Program-made: the position numbers and the translations under genes | Assembly: GCA_030704615.1 (NCBI GenBank) | Contig: CM060732.1 | Location: 15,190,001 to 15,254,000 of the forward strand | Length of the DNA: 64,000 nt | Direction of reading: 5' to 3' | DNA from: Takakia lepidozioides | Taxonomy: Eukaryota; Plantae; Bryophyta | In this document: piece by piece, positions 49,720-61,652 of the stretch | How the letters are laid out: every line of letters begins with the position of its first letter | Position numbering within the stretch: position 1 is the first letter of the stretch | The notes under the pieces: generated by a model | Seen by the model: the letters and a program-made list of their open reading frames with translations, nothing else | Database searches by the model: none | What the model was told of the DNA's origin: nothing

Positions 49720-52700
49720 ATGCTCGAACCTGAGAGGGAGGGAGTGCGTGCACCAGAGAAGAGACATCGTCGCAAGCTCCGAAAATTGTACTTCGGACGT
49801 AGGCCAATGCCGAAGGGGAGGAAGCAGATGCGTCTACAGGAAGAGATTGCCATCTCGTAGCAGCAGGCCACGCAGGCAACCCAGCCACCAGTGAGAGGTC
49901 CATGCTATCGAGATTCGCGCAACTGATCGAGCACCGAAACCCCCCTTATTTTTCTTCTGCAATTCTTAGACTGTATGCTAGGAGACTTGAATGCAGAAGA
50001 TGTTTGCATGCCTAACCGGAGCGGTGGACGGGCTGGAGGGATTGCAGGAATTTGAAGAGCCGCAGGAAGAGTCCGTGGAGCTAGCTGCAGCACGCACACC
50101 CAGCCGATCCACAAGCACGGGTCTTCCTGCCGGGCCTAGCCCTGTGCGTTTCAAGGACGCGGCTTTGAAGTCTTTGCAGTTCAAAGCCCCAGAGAGCGAC
50201 TCGCGTTCGAAGGTCATGGAGAATCGCCGGCAGGGGTCGGGCCCTTCTCCAGCAAAGACGAAGAAGAAGCAGCCCGTCCTACAACTGGTTTCTGAACCGG
50301 ACCAGGCCATTTCCCCCCCACCCAGGCGAATGAAGCAGATTCAATTGCAGCAGACATCTTCACCTGCAAGAATGAGGAAGCACAAGGCAATCAGGGGGAG
50401 GGCGGAGCAGTCTCCCGCAAAACCGATTCCACGAGCTGAAGCCCAATTCCTGCTTGATTTCCAGCCTGGTGATGTTGGGGGCGTCTCTGCTGCAGCGAAG
50501 GCAATGGGATCGACCGATTTCGTCGATCTGGTACCGGAGGAGGGTGCTGCCGCTCAACGTTCGCAGCAAGACCTGACCACCGTTGAGGAAGATCTTCAGA
50601 ATACTGCAGGCCCGAAGGAGGCCTCTACAATTGCAGAATTGCTCGCAAAGATTCCCCAGAGTGCAGCTCCAGTTGGGGATGCTCCAACTGCTCAGCCCCT
50701 ACCGCCACCTGCAGAAATGTCTCCGGAGGTATTCCAAAGTGCAGCGGATACAATGTTGGAGGAGACACACAGTAGCATTGGCAGAGTTATGGGCAGCAGG
50801 GTATTCCAGCGAACTCTTTGAATCCCACTCTGTCGCATGGTCTCCCTTCCCATCGTCAGGCAGACACTTCCCGGAGATGTGGATAAGCTCAAGTTCGCAT
50901 TTCGAGAAGGGTACCGTCTAGGTTTGCCAGCCTTCTACGTTTCCCTTGAGAATGAGGACGGCGAATCTCGTGGACCCACTGCGGATGAATTGTCAATATG
51001 GGGGATACCCACTGGCACACTCGCAACGACAAATTTGAGGCAACGCTGAAGGGTGATCCAGACTTCGGCCATGTGTCGGGTAAAATGTTCTTTGTGTGGG
51101 ACGGGAATCACCGACTTCTTGCCTGGTGGGAGTACATCAAGTAGAACCATGCCAAGCACATTGGCTGGCATTACATGGTGGAGTGTGTCATCCTCAAGGT
51201 GAAGGCGGCAGACTCCTCCCTGCTCAAGAATGCCATGGCGGACCTCAACTCGTAAGATACTCATACCCTCCCAAGCACGTTCGAAATGCGGTGCCGCATT
51301 TTGGTTTCCAATCTGTTTTGTTTCCGTGCTTCCGTGGACTGAACTGGAGAGTGTGCCTTGCAGGGTCACTGAAAATGCGTACGTGCATACCCACATGGCA
51401 CATATGTTGTACATGGTGAGGAAAATTGGTCTCACTGATCCGCACATGTTTGCGGAAATGCTGGAGCCCGAGCTCATTCAGAAAGCCGTGGCAAAAACTG
51501 ACCGGACATGGTATCGTCTCACTATGGATGGAATGGTGGAGGTGATATATGAAGTAAGTCGTCCTCCCATTTCCCTCTGCTCATCCTTCCCCAATTTTCA
51601 GTAATCTTTCCACATGAATCGAATGTAACGCTTCTGCATGTTTTTTGGCAGTCAAACATCAAGCTGGATTTGGCCCATGCCAAACGCTTCTTCATGGAAA
51701 GTGAGGGGCAGGTCAAAACGTTGCAGTCATTGATTGAGCACTTGAAAGAAGCCGGGGTCAAGTCTAGAACGAAATACAAGTCAAAGCTTGTGAAGCTGGT
51801 CGCCATTGCAGATCCGGCACTTGGAAAAGACTTCATCCCCGAGATTGCAAAACACTATTCTCGGGCCATGCAGCCAACCATGCAGTTGGAGAAACTGCAT
51901 CACCTCTCAACGGCATGTGTTGAGGCGAAAGAGAAGGTGAGGTTTCAATGCACTGAAGTTCCTTCCTAGCAATAGCCACTCTTTTTCCTGCTCCTGACAT
52001 TGGATCGGAAATGGCAGACACGGTGGCTGTCGATCTGGAATGCATCGGAGAGTATAAGGACAATGTGGTCTTTTCCACTCGAAGTTTCCGACCCTGCAGT
52101 GGATGTGTGGCTCAACCGCATGACTTGGTGGTTCCAGGTAATTCAAGGTACTTCCCCAGATTTGCTTTTCTGAAATGAATTCCCTGAACTGCTACGTGAC
52201 AATGCATGTGGGAATCGCAGGTAATGACGAATGCGAAGGAGCAAATCGTAATGCATACAAATTCGTTCGGCTTGTACGTCAAATGGGGAAGACTACGTGA
52301 CACGTTTCAGATGTGCATACAAGGACAACCTCTTCGCTAGGGAGCTGCAGACAGCAAGAAGGAGCGTGGAGTTTACAAATCAGGAGGGAGCGGGAAAAGC
52401 TGCAATGCAAAGTTTACAGGTGAAGCCCAGCTGTCCTTGTATGCGAAGCCTGGTTATGAGGTTTGTCTGGGAAATGCGGCACCGCATTCGCATTTTATGT
52501 TTTCGGTTGCACTCTGCGAGTACGTTGGTCTCAACTTTTGCTCACGCATGCTGACTGCCCTGCAGGTATATGAAATACGTGCTTCTTCAGACAGGGGCCC
52601 TGGCTCAAGAGCCCCCGTTCTTCATGGCTTGGACCGTGGCGGACCCAAGCTGTGTCTACACACCCGAGATGCAGAAACAATGGCATGTCGCGCATCTCGT

Positions 52701-53349
52701 TGGATGCCCGTGGTACCTGGACATGTCTGGCGGAATTGTTGACGAGTTTGAGAAAGATCTGCATGCGAAAGCAGAAGAGAAGAGAAAGGAAAGACGTGTC
52801 CCTGCTGGGCCAGAGTCGGCAAATGAAGCTGCTGCTCTGGAACAATCCAGAAAGGCAGCTGAGATGGCACAGAAGACGGTGGATGCAGCTGTGCAGGCTC
52901 AACAGAAGGGGTCGAAGAAGAGAACTCGCCAGCAAGGAGCAGCAGTTGTGACACCCAAGAAAACGAAGAAGCAGAAACAGATAGTGTAGGAAGAGGGTGA
53001 CAAAGAGGACTCCGATGGAGACTTTGCAACCAGCCCACCCCCCGAAACGCAGCCGAAATCCCCTGTGCCCACCGTTGTCACAAGAAGGACGAGAACAGGC
53101 TTGGCAAATAAGGCACTCTTCAACCCCCCGGGGGGGTACCCTTTCGAGCCGGTGGAAATGGATCCCGATACAGTAGTCCAGTGTGTAAATGAGAGTTTCT
53201 TGGCGGCTTTGGATGGACGGGCAGCCAAGTTGGCATACATGAAGACCATGGAGGGTCTGAAGGGCAGAGCACTAAAGAAGGCGGCTGCCGAAGAGCCTTC
53301 CGACACCCCTGGGTTTCTGAAGATGGTCTCGTTCTTTGAGAGGGTGTGA
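49720..53349 (+). pseudogene. Multi-exon accessory gene of family C with ParB/sulfiredoxin-like domain (~50820-51250)
   Basis: GT-AG introns at approximately 49891-49969, 51252-51363, 51554-51651 and further 3'. Reconstructed peptide: IPLCRMVSLPIVRQTLPGDVDKLKFAFREGYRLGLPAFYV...MFFVWDGNHRLLAWW...VECVIL...AMADLN. Its stops are TAG/TGA, consistent with C-to-T decay. Confidence 0.72.
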
Positions 53350-53640
53350 TTGTACTAGGCTGCTTGTTTCATTGCACGGTATCACATTGAGCAGCAGAAG
53401 ATGCAGTCAAGATTTCTGAGTTATTCCAGTGGAGATCATTGGGTCTTACCTTCAGTTCCACCTCATATGTATCTATATGATGCGAAAATCATGATGCAGA
53501 AGGATTCCCAGCTTCGTTCATGGTTTAATTTGGCTTGGAATAGCTTGGCCAAAGAAAAATTGGGCCCTGATGATATTTTCTATAAGGGACATGAAGCCTG
53601 GAAATACTTACACTGTTCCAAGGTCATTGGCACACCTCTC
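53350..53640 (+). mobile_element. Fragment of the G1 3' extra ORF
   Basis: MQSRFLSYSSGDHWVLP..KVIGTPLT matches 33043-33738. Confidence 0.85.
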
Positions 53641-54981
53641 ACCAGAAATCCAAACATTTGGCACAGTTAAAACTTTGCCTACAAGCCTGTAGAAACAATG
53701 GAGTAAGTCTCAACCCGGAAAAATGTACATTATGTGTGAATTCAGGATTATTATTGGGACACATTGTGTGCCAACAGGGAATTCTGGTAGATCCAAAGAA
53801 AATGGAGGTCATCCAGAATATACCACCACCAGAAAATCCCAAGAAACTCAAGAGATTTCTGGGACAGACGAGCTATTACAGAAGGTACATGGACAAATAT
53901 GCTCACAGAGCGGCACCAGTCTATAGACTACTGAAGCAAGATGCCGAATACAGATGGTCTCCAGCTTGCCAAGAATCATTTGATTCACTAAAAAGGGCAC
54001 TCACAACAGCACCAATTCTGATAAATCCAAGATGGGATTTACCATTTCATGTACACAGTGATGCATCAGGCATTGCCTTGGGAGCGGTTCTAGCTCAGAA
54101 TGTGACAGGCACAATAGATTCACCAATCTATTATGCAAGCAGATTGTTAAAAGCAGCAGAAAAGAACTATAACACCACAGAGAGAGAAGCATTGGCAATG
54201 ATTTATGCTGTTCAAAAATTTCGGCATTATTTACTTGGCAATCGCTTTAAGTTTATTGTTGATCATCAGGCTCTAGTTCATTTAGCAAATCGACCACTAG
54301 CTAGTGGCAGGGTTGCTCGATGGTTATTACTTCTTCATGAGTATGACTTTGAAGTTGTTCATAAACCAGGGAGATTACATGTTACAGCAGATCATCTGTC
54401 AAGGATTACTACAGGAGAACCAGCCACGGGGGTAGAGGATCAACTTCCCGATGCATTTCTGTTTGATGTTCAATCAGAAGCACCAGATGAAGATACAAAT
54501 CCTATAAATGCTCTGGGAATGTTTCAAGGAGACTATGACCTTCCAGATGCTCTCAAATTCATGGACGACACGGATGAAGAAGAGGATTCATCCGATGAAG
54601 ATGAACCTCTTGATGAAGGATTTATTATTGAAGAAGAGCCAGATCCAGAAGAAGAAGTTGACAAGGAAAACAAAGAAACAAACAATCAAGAATTGGCCAA
54701 TATCAGTATTGGAGCTTATACAGTCACCAAAGAAGAATAAGAAGATATTCAGGATCAAGATCAAGATGATTGGCAATGGCCAATCGAATACCATCTGAAC
54801 ACAAATTTCCTGAAGATTACACCAAAGATGACAGGAGGAAGCTTTCAACGAAAAGCAAGCCATACACATTAATCAAAGGGATTATGTACAAAAGAGGAAT
54901 TGACTCCATAATGAGAAGATGTGTAAACAAAGACCAAGCCAAAACAGTAATGCAAGAACTACACGAAGGAATTGCAGGAGG
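53641..54981 (+). pseudogene. pol: Gypsy pol fragment (RT C-terminus, RNase H, acidic linker, start of integrase), G1-related family
   Basis: LNPEKC; FLGQTSYYRR; HSDAS; TEREALAM; VDHQAL; ELHEGIAGG. Confidence 0.9.
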
Positions 54982-57900
54982 ACTGTGTATACTGAAGCAT
55001 CAGATTGCTTCAGTATCTATTAAGTTCCATTCACTCATCCATTCATTCCACAGCTTCACTCATGTCTCTCTACTCAGTGTGATTGTATCGAATAAGTATC
55101 AGATTATGATTTATCAGGTATCAGGCCAATGCCATGGTGACTCTAATCTGCCCTATAATATCACTACAGTTTTGCATGTAACAAGCATCTACTGTTCATC
55201 TTTCCTCCTTCACCGTACTCTCCATCATTGCTCCCGTTCTTGCTCTCCGCCTGATCTCCTCCCATGCATGACCAAGAAGCGCTCCCCGTGAAGTGATCCC
55301 CTACCTGGTGCTGCTCTGCCTAATCTACCTGCAAGCTGTTCCAACCGCCTAACTAACTAATTGTCACCCCTGAAGTAACACGTTCCCTCTGCAGATGTCG
55401 TTCCTACACAATAGTTCCCTGCTAATGATAACCGTTCCCTCCGTGCACTGTGACGGGCTGTGCCAAACTGTGTTGGGCTGTGACTGTGCCGAGCTGTGAC
55501 TAGCTGTGTAAAGCTGTGTCGGGCTGTGTCGGACTGTGTCGGGCTGTGACTGGCTGTGCAAAGCTGTGTCGGGCTGTGCTGCCTTGGTGTCCTCCAACTC
55601 TTTCTGTAACTCGGGGTTGGCCTCTACATCCACCTTATTTGCACACTCAGTGGCAATTCTAGCCTCAAACTCCTGCTTGAGTTCCTCCCGCAAAGCTGCC
55701 AATTGTGTAGATGGAACATGGGATTTCACATAAGTGCCCAACAAATTGAGTGTCGTGCTTATGGAACTCATAAGCATGGCCTGCTGTGGATCTTCATGGT
55801 GAACTTGCTGCTGTTCTCCCTGAACCTCCACAATGTGATGTTTCACCAACCATTCAGGCCACGTTCCCACAAGATCTTCTTCCTGAACGACCTCATTCTC
55901 CACAAGCGCTGCAGTGCCCTGACATTCTACCTCTGGAACCTCCGCCACAGGTTTGGGTATTACATGCACAGCAGGGATTGCCTTGGTCAAAGTCTGCACC
56001 TCTGGTACCACTGGTTCCCTGACCAAGCCAAAGTTTTCATAGAGAAGGTCACCCTTCTCAATTTCTGCCACGACCTACTCTGTAGTGGGAATATCCAACC
56101 TTTCTCCTTCCAGAGCAATAGGCTCTGGTGCAACAACATGTACTAACTAAGGGACCTCTGAAACAACCAAGTCAACTGGCTGTGATGGCTGTGGTACCGA
56201 AGTGACTTCTTCTTCCCTCTCCAAAGGTCGTGCTTCCAGTAATAACAGCCCTCTGTGCGGCTGTTCCCCATCTTGCACAAGAGCTATGGAAACATCATCA
56301 TTTCGCGGTTCCCTTGAAGCTAGTGGATCGGCCACTATAGGCGTGTTCCTCTTTTGTCTCTTGGACTAGTGCCGCCCTTCCAATCCACGTTCACCATGTG
56401 AAGAGCCCTGCTTCTCAATTGCAGTGGTTGCTGCCTCAAACACTCCCATCTCCTTACGTTCTTGCGCATCAAGTATGCAAGAATCAAGAATAATTTGCGC
56501 AATCACTGGGCCAGACACAACGATTGGAGACTTAGCACCAGTGCCTTGTAACCGCTTCATCTCTTCCACCAAACCATTGTACATTAAGTCCGCCCAAGCC
56601 ACATGTTCCCCCCTCAAGGCTTTCAGTATCTCCTCCGTGAATGATCTGCTAAGGTATTGTTGGTTCTGTTTCATGGCAAACAGAACGTTCAAAACCTGAC
56701 CAACTTCTTTTAACCCTGGGTACTCGGCCTTGGTGCAAGTGTATCCCTGAGTCTTAAAGAAACTCCCTTCTTGGAACAAATTGCCTGTCTGCAATCTTGC
56801 CCTGTGCTCATCGACATTTACACGGCCTGATGGCAATTCAAACAATTGCTGCAAGTATTGGGGAGTAATCTCTATATCTACTCCCCTCACTTGTGTAACT
56901 CCCGTCTGAGGTTCAAAATTCTGAATGAATTGTATCATGAACGCCCTATGATGCAATGACCATTCTTTGCGTAGCAGTCCCTCCAATCGCAACACCTTCC
57001 ACAGCTGCACTGCCTGAGGTGTAGCTATTGTCTGCCTCTGCAAAATCGTGGTACTCTTCACCATGACATCCTCCATTCCCCGAATTCTCTTCATTCCAGA
57101 CAAACAAGATGGCCTTGTTTGAAATAGCTTTAAGAAAGCTTGCAAGGCGTAGAGCATAAAAGTATGGTTGGCACAGAATGGAACGGGTAAGTGCGTGTAA
57201 GCATGTGGGGCTTGCACGTATCGAGTGAGAGAGAATGTACTCTCAACCCGTCCGTCCTTGCATCACTGCGTAAGAAGTAAAGCGAGCGTATAATATGTAA
57301 TATCCGCCATAGCTACAAAGCTATAGCTTTGATTGCCCCTCCCGTCGAGACACTGGTTATTCGGAGTCACCCCGACTCTTCCGCTCATAACTCTTCTAAT
57401 TTCTTGTTCTTGTTTCTTGGATGGAATCACCTGCATGAAATTATCGCTCCTGATTGGCTGTTGCCTCCTTGGGTAACTTCTTAATTTTACCTCCCTCAGT
57501 GGACATTCCCACCTGGAATGTCCACTAAGACAGCACATGTGGCAAAAGTCCCCCTTTTCTATACTCGTGAAGGGTTCCATTATTTTTGCCCTGAATGCAT
57601 TAATGGGCCCACAAATAGTTTTGGCTGATGTACCGGTTAGGTACTTTGACGGCCCAGTTTGTCCTCTTGCATGATGACACCTACTTTTGCAATATATGCA
57701 CCACGGTGTGCTTCGCCCTAGTGGCCACGTGTTCGTTTTTAGTCATGCCTCCGTCTTCCCCTGTCTGCGTAGCACATTCTCCGAGTTTGACTTCCAAGCT
57801 GTCTTTTCACCCGCCGACCACTTTTCTGACGTTAACCCGCATCCACCTGTCACTAACCCTATGGACTGTGCAACCCGCGTGGGCTGTGTTAGGCTGTGAC

Positions 57901-58870
57901 TGGCTGTGTCAGACTGTGACAAGCTGTGATAGGCTGTGTGATGTTGTGATGGGCTGTGATAGACTGTGTGACACTGTGGTGGGCTGTGATAGACTGTGTC
58001 ACAATGTGGTAGGCTGTGGTATAGCGTGTCCACACTGTGGTGGGCTGTGATTGCTATGCAAACACCTGTACCTTCCTTAATGACAAGTGCTCAATATTCC
58101 GTTGGTATCACCGGTGCAGCCCGTGACTGTTTCTGTGTTTCAACATGCACATCGTGCCGCAATGGTTTGTCATGGATACCACTGTATCCCTTCAACTTAT
58201 TGGCATTGACTCTTCCCAGCATTTCTTTGTTAATGGTTTGTAACATGGTTGTGTTGTTATCATACATCTTCTGTATGACATAAGGTCCTTTCCATGGTGA
58301 TTTAAGCTTAAAAGCTTTAACCTTTCCCTTCTTCTACAACCACAATACCAAATCTCCCGTCTTAAAAGTCTTTAATTTACCTTCATCAAACTGATCCTTT
58401 ATCTTCATCTGAATTCTAGTCATGTAGTCTGCTGCATCAGCACGTACTTCTTCCACATGGTATAATTCATGTTTCCTGACCTTAATTGAATCTTTCAATT
58501 CCATTCTCCTTCCCCATTCAGTTCTCATGGTAGGTAACAAGAACTCCACTGGAAGTAAAGCTTCCATACCATACACTAATTGGAATGGTGTATACTTAGT
58601 GGTGACTTTATATGAAGTCCTGTATGACCACAAAACTATCAGCAGCTTTGTATCCCAATCTGTTCTGTTTGCATTGACTATCTTAGCCAAGATAGTACAT
58701 AGTATTTTGTTGGTGGCCTCTGCCTATCCATTACCCTATGGTAATAGGTTGTACTCTTCTTATGCACAATCATGAACTCTTTACTCAATAGTTCTATGGT
58801 CTCATTAATGAAGTGACTTCCCTGGTCACTGATAAATTCCAGGGGACAACCAAATCTTGTAAGTATGTTC
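54982..58870 (-). mobile_element. Truncated G1 copy: integrase 3' half, CACAG repeats, 3' extra ORF, partial LTR (54982-55578)
   Basis: Colinear with 33900-36630. A deletion at ~55578 joins the ORF to the LTR repeats. Confidence 0.9.
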
Positions 58871-60868
58871 ATAGTGTTATGCATTATAACCACACGATCA
58901 TGATATCATCATGATTTTAACAAATATTACAGTTTTCTATTGGCACATTCGTGCAAGCTGGGTTTGCATATTCACACGACAACATCATTGAAAATGTGTT
59001 CCCCACGTGTTCATGGTATTTATACTAAATTGATATCGTAGTTGTGGACAACGGAAGACATGTTAATTTCGTGTGGCACTTGGCTAGCATTATATCTGGA
59101 GTGTTATTGTAATAGCTTTATATGAAGACTGTTGATAAATTTGAATTGATAAATAATCCATATGATTTATTTACACAATTTTGATCCAACAAATTGAAAT
59201 AAAAGATAAATTCAAAGATGTTGGCATTCATATTTAGAAGCACGCAGCTGAGTACAAAGTAAGCCAAAGAGAACTAAATCTCTCAAAAGAGCTCTCAATT
59301 TTGGAATGTTTTTTTCTGAATGTTATAAGCTCAAATTAGAGATGTGAAGCATACCAAAAAGAAGAAAATGGGTCGGTCAAGCATGGGGGCAAGCACCGTG
59401 AGGGTGAGCTAGAGCTGAAAAACTTCATAATAACTAACCTCACCTAATCTCCAGCCCTGGCCACTACTATGCTTATGGTACGACTGCAGTCTCGCATTGA
59501 ATCAGCAGAGATTGGAAGCACGCGGCCACAGCAAGAGCATGAAACTAGGCTACTTCTGGGAAGCATAAAATGACTGTAAATGATTGCTGTTGGCGATGCT
59601 CATCATCCTATCATTACCAGTACTAAAACCAACCAAAATTTGACATCCCTGTTCCTCAAAACCTGTTTGGATTCGGAGGAACAGTCAATGCAAAGGTTCA
59701 ATGGGAGACAAGACCAACACTCGCCACTCGCATCCACCGTATGTGTATTCCTGCAGAAAGTTCAGCCACTCAGCCCCACTCAGCCCTGTAGAAGTCAGCC
59801 ACCTCCATCTTCAACATATCACTGGTGAAACCACAACATCAAGTCAGCCATTTGGGTTGAAATGCAAAACTCATAACGACACTAAAGCTACAAGGATACA
59901 GACATTTTTTGGAAGGTGTTAATTGTTATTCTACATACTACTGACTTAAATAAGTCAACTGGAGAAACAGAAGTGCAGTTGACATACCCATAGCAATCCG
60001 AAGCCTTGTTCCACAGTTGAGTGCTGTTTTCAATTGAGATGTGAAGAGACAGATCTCTCACTTCCCAATTGTATCCTCCGTTTGACAGGATCTACACTAA
60101 AGGTAACTCCCTATGATGGTAATCCCATTCATGGTTCACCCGGCTAGGTAGGGCTTGCCATATTGAATACCTTGGGGCTTCAGGTCTGTAAGAGAAAAAC
60201 ACTGGTAAACAAGCTTGCCCCAGTCACAAAGTGGCAGTACAAAGAGCCCACCTATCAACAGACAGTAGCCTTCACGAGTGAAGCCTCCTTCATACCCTAG
60301 AGCTCCAGTCACCATTGTCTTCCTCAAAGGGCCGACACCAATGGTCTAGAACCAGATAAGCTACTGGTTAAAGAGTGCAACTGACAAATTATGTACCCTG
60401 ATTCTATTTATTGATGATAATGGTGCTCTTGAGCATGGAGCTGGTTAGCCATAACTCTAAGGGAGGCCATCCAAAGAAGGCACCTGTCGCTGGCAATTTA
60501 CCCGCAGAGTACACCTGCAGGCAAATTGTCAACACTAGAAGTTTCTCGGGTATGTGAAGTTTGTGTGGCTGGGATGAAGTTGGGGCAGTGCCTTCCACTA
60601 TCCTTAGTAGGTCTATTGTTAGGTGGTGCAACTCTCCACCTATGACCTGTTGGATGGCTATAGAAAGAGGCTATGCTGGTAGTGGCTAAGTTCACAAAGA
60701 TAAATCTGCCAGCGAAGTTGTGTAGGAGAGTTTAAGCAAGATGTGCGATCTAAAGAGTGGAGATATGAACAGGTTTAGACCAGCAGAGGCCTGAAAAATC
60801 CACACTTGACTGACTCATGATTAGACTGCTCTGTTCTCCTGAAAGATGGGGAAAAGAACTCATCTCAC

Positions 60869-61652
60869 CAAAACAATGGCTTCATCTTCTATTGTGTTCT
60901 TCACTGCTCTTAATCCATCGCGGAAGGCATCCTTGATTTGTGCAATTGTGTGGTCATTTGGTCTTGTCATCCCACCTCAGCTACCAAGTCAAAGTTACAG
61001 CCTCTCCGCCACAGGCAAGTACTAGCCTCTCCATGTTCCTCCGCTTTGCCCTCCTCAAAGCAACAATCTGCAAATGGTCTGAGCTGAGATTTGGAAATAA
61101 ATGGACATAGCCTGCTTTTGTAATTTTTCCCATCCATGTTAGAACTCTACTTGGTTCATTGGCAAAGGTGGACATCTGCTTGAGAGCTCCAGAGACTTCT
61201 GTTGGATTGACCACCATAGATGCAATGGACCAGTGTCAGTAACAAGATACGAGGAAGTGACAGCATTGGAAGAGAGAAACTACCCCTTGTCTAGCAAGCA
61301 AGTCAAGTGAGATTGGTCAATACCCTTCTGGTTGATTACCACAAGATTGTTGTCTGTTCCATCACACACCTGCACCAACAAACGTCACCACTCTAAAAGG
61401 AAAACTGACACCAATACAAACACACAAGCGTGAAATCTAAGAGCATAAAATCTGCCTGGAAGGTCGATTTTGATTAGTCAAGATGGCCAGTCAGTTTGAC
61501 TTTGCAAAAGACAGTCAAAACTGCATAAGACATAATGCTTACCTTCTTCTTCAGCTCAATGATCTTTGCAACCTTTTCATCCACCTCGTTCAGCTGCAAC
61601 CATCTTCTCTCGCTGCTTGGCATCGTGATAGAGGAACCCCGCATTCACCTCA
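60869..61652 (-). pseudogene. CCT6: T-complex protein 1 subunit zeta fragment, three intron-separated exons with frameshifts and an internal deletion
   Basis: 61652-61543 EVNAGFLY..QREKMVAAER..VDEKVAKIIELKKK; 61369-61284 VCDGTDNNLVVINQKGID..SLDLLARQG; 61067-60869 [55 protein letters not shown]. Exon borders are GT-AG. Confidence 0.9.

Larger units (their letters stand above)
31299..53349 (-). mobile_element. Mutator-like element family C (terminus at 31299; G1 insertion at 31959-43505; truncated at ~53349)
   Basis: Terminal GGGAGGTTTATTATTTCATGAGC. Sequence at 31958 continues at 43506, as shown by the uninterrupted copy near 30800. It contains the transposase, the array and the divergent gene. 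Confidence 0.85.

Noticed and set aside
49720-53349. Bacterial contamination or plasmid parAB locus
   Set aside because: The gene has GT-AG introns, there is no ParA/Walker ATPase partner, and it is contiguous with plant transposon sequence.
60981-61217. Intact 78-aa CCT6-like protein
   Set aside because: The N-terminal part is intron read-through, and neighbouring exons are frameshifted.
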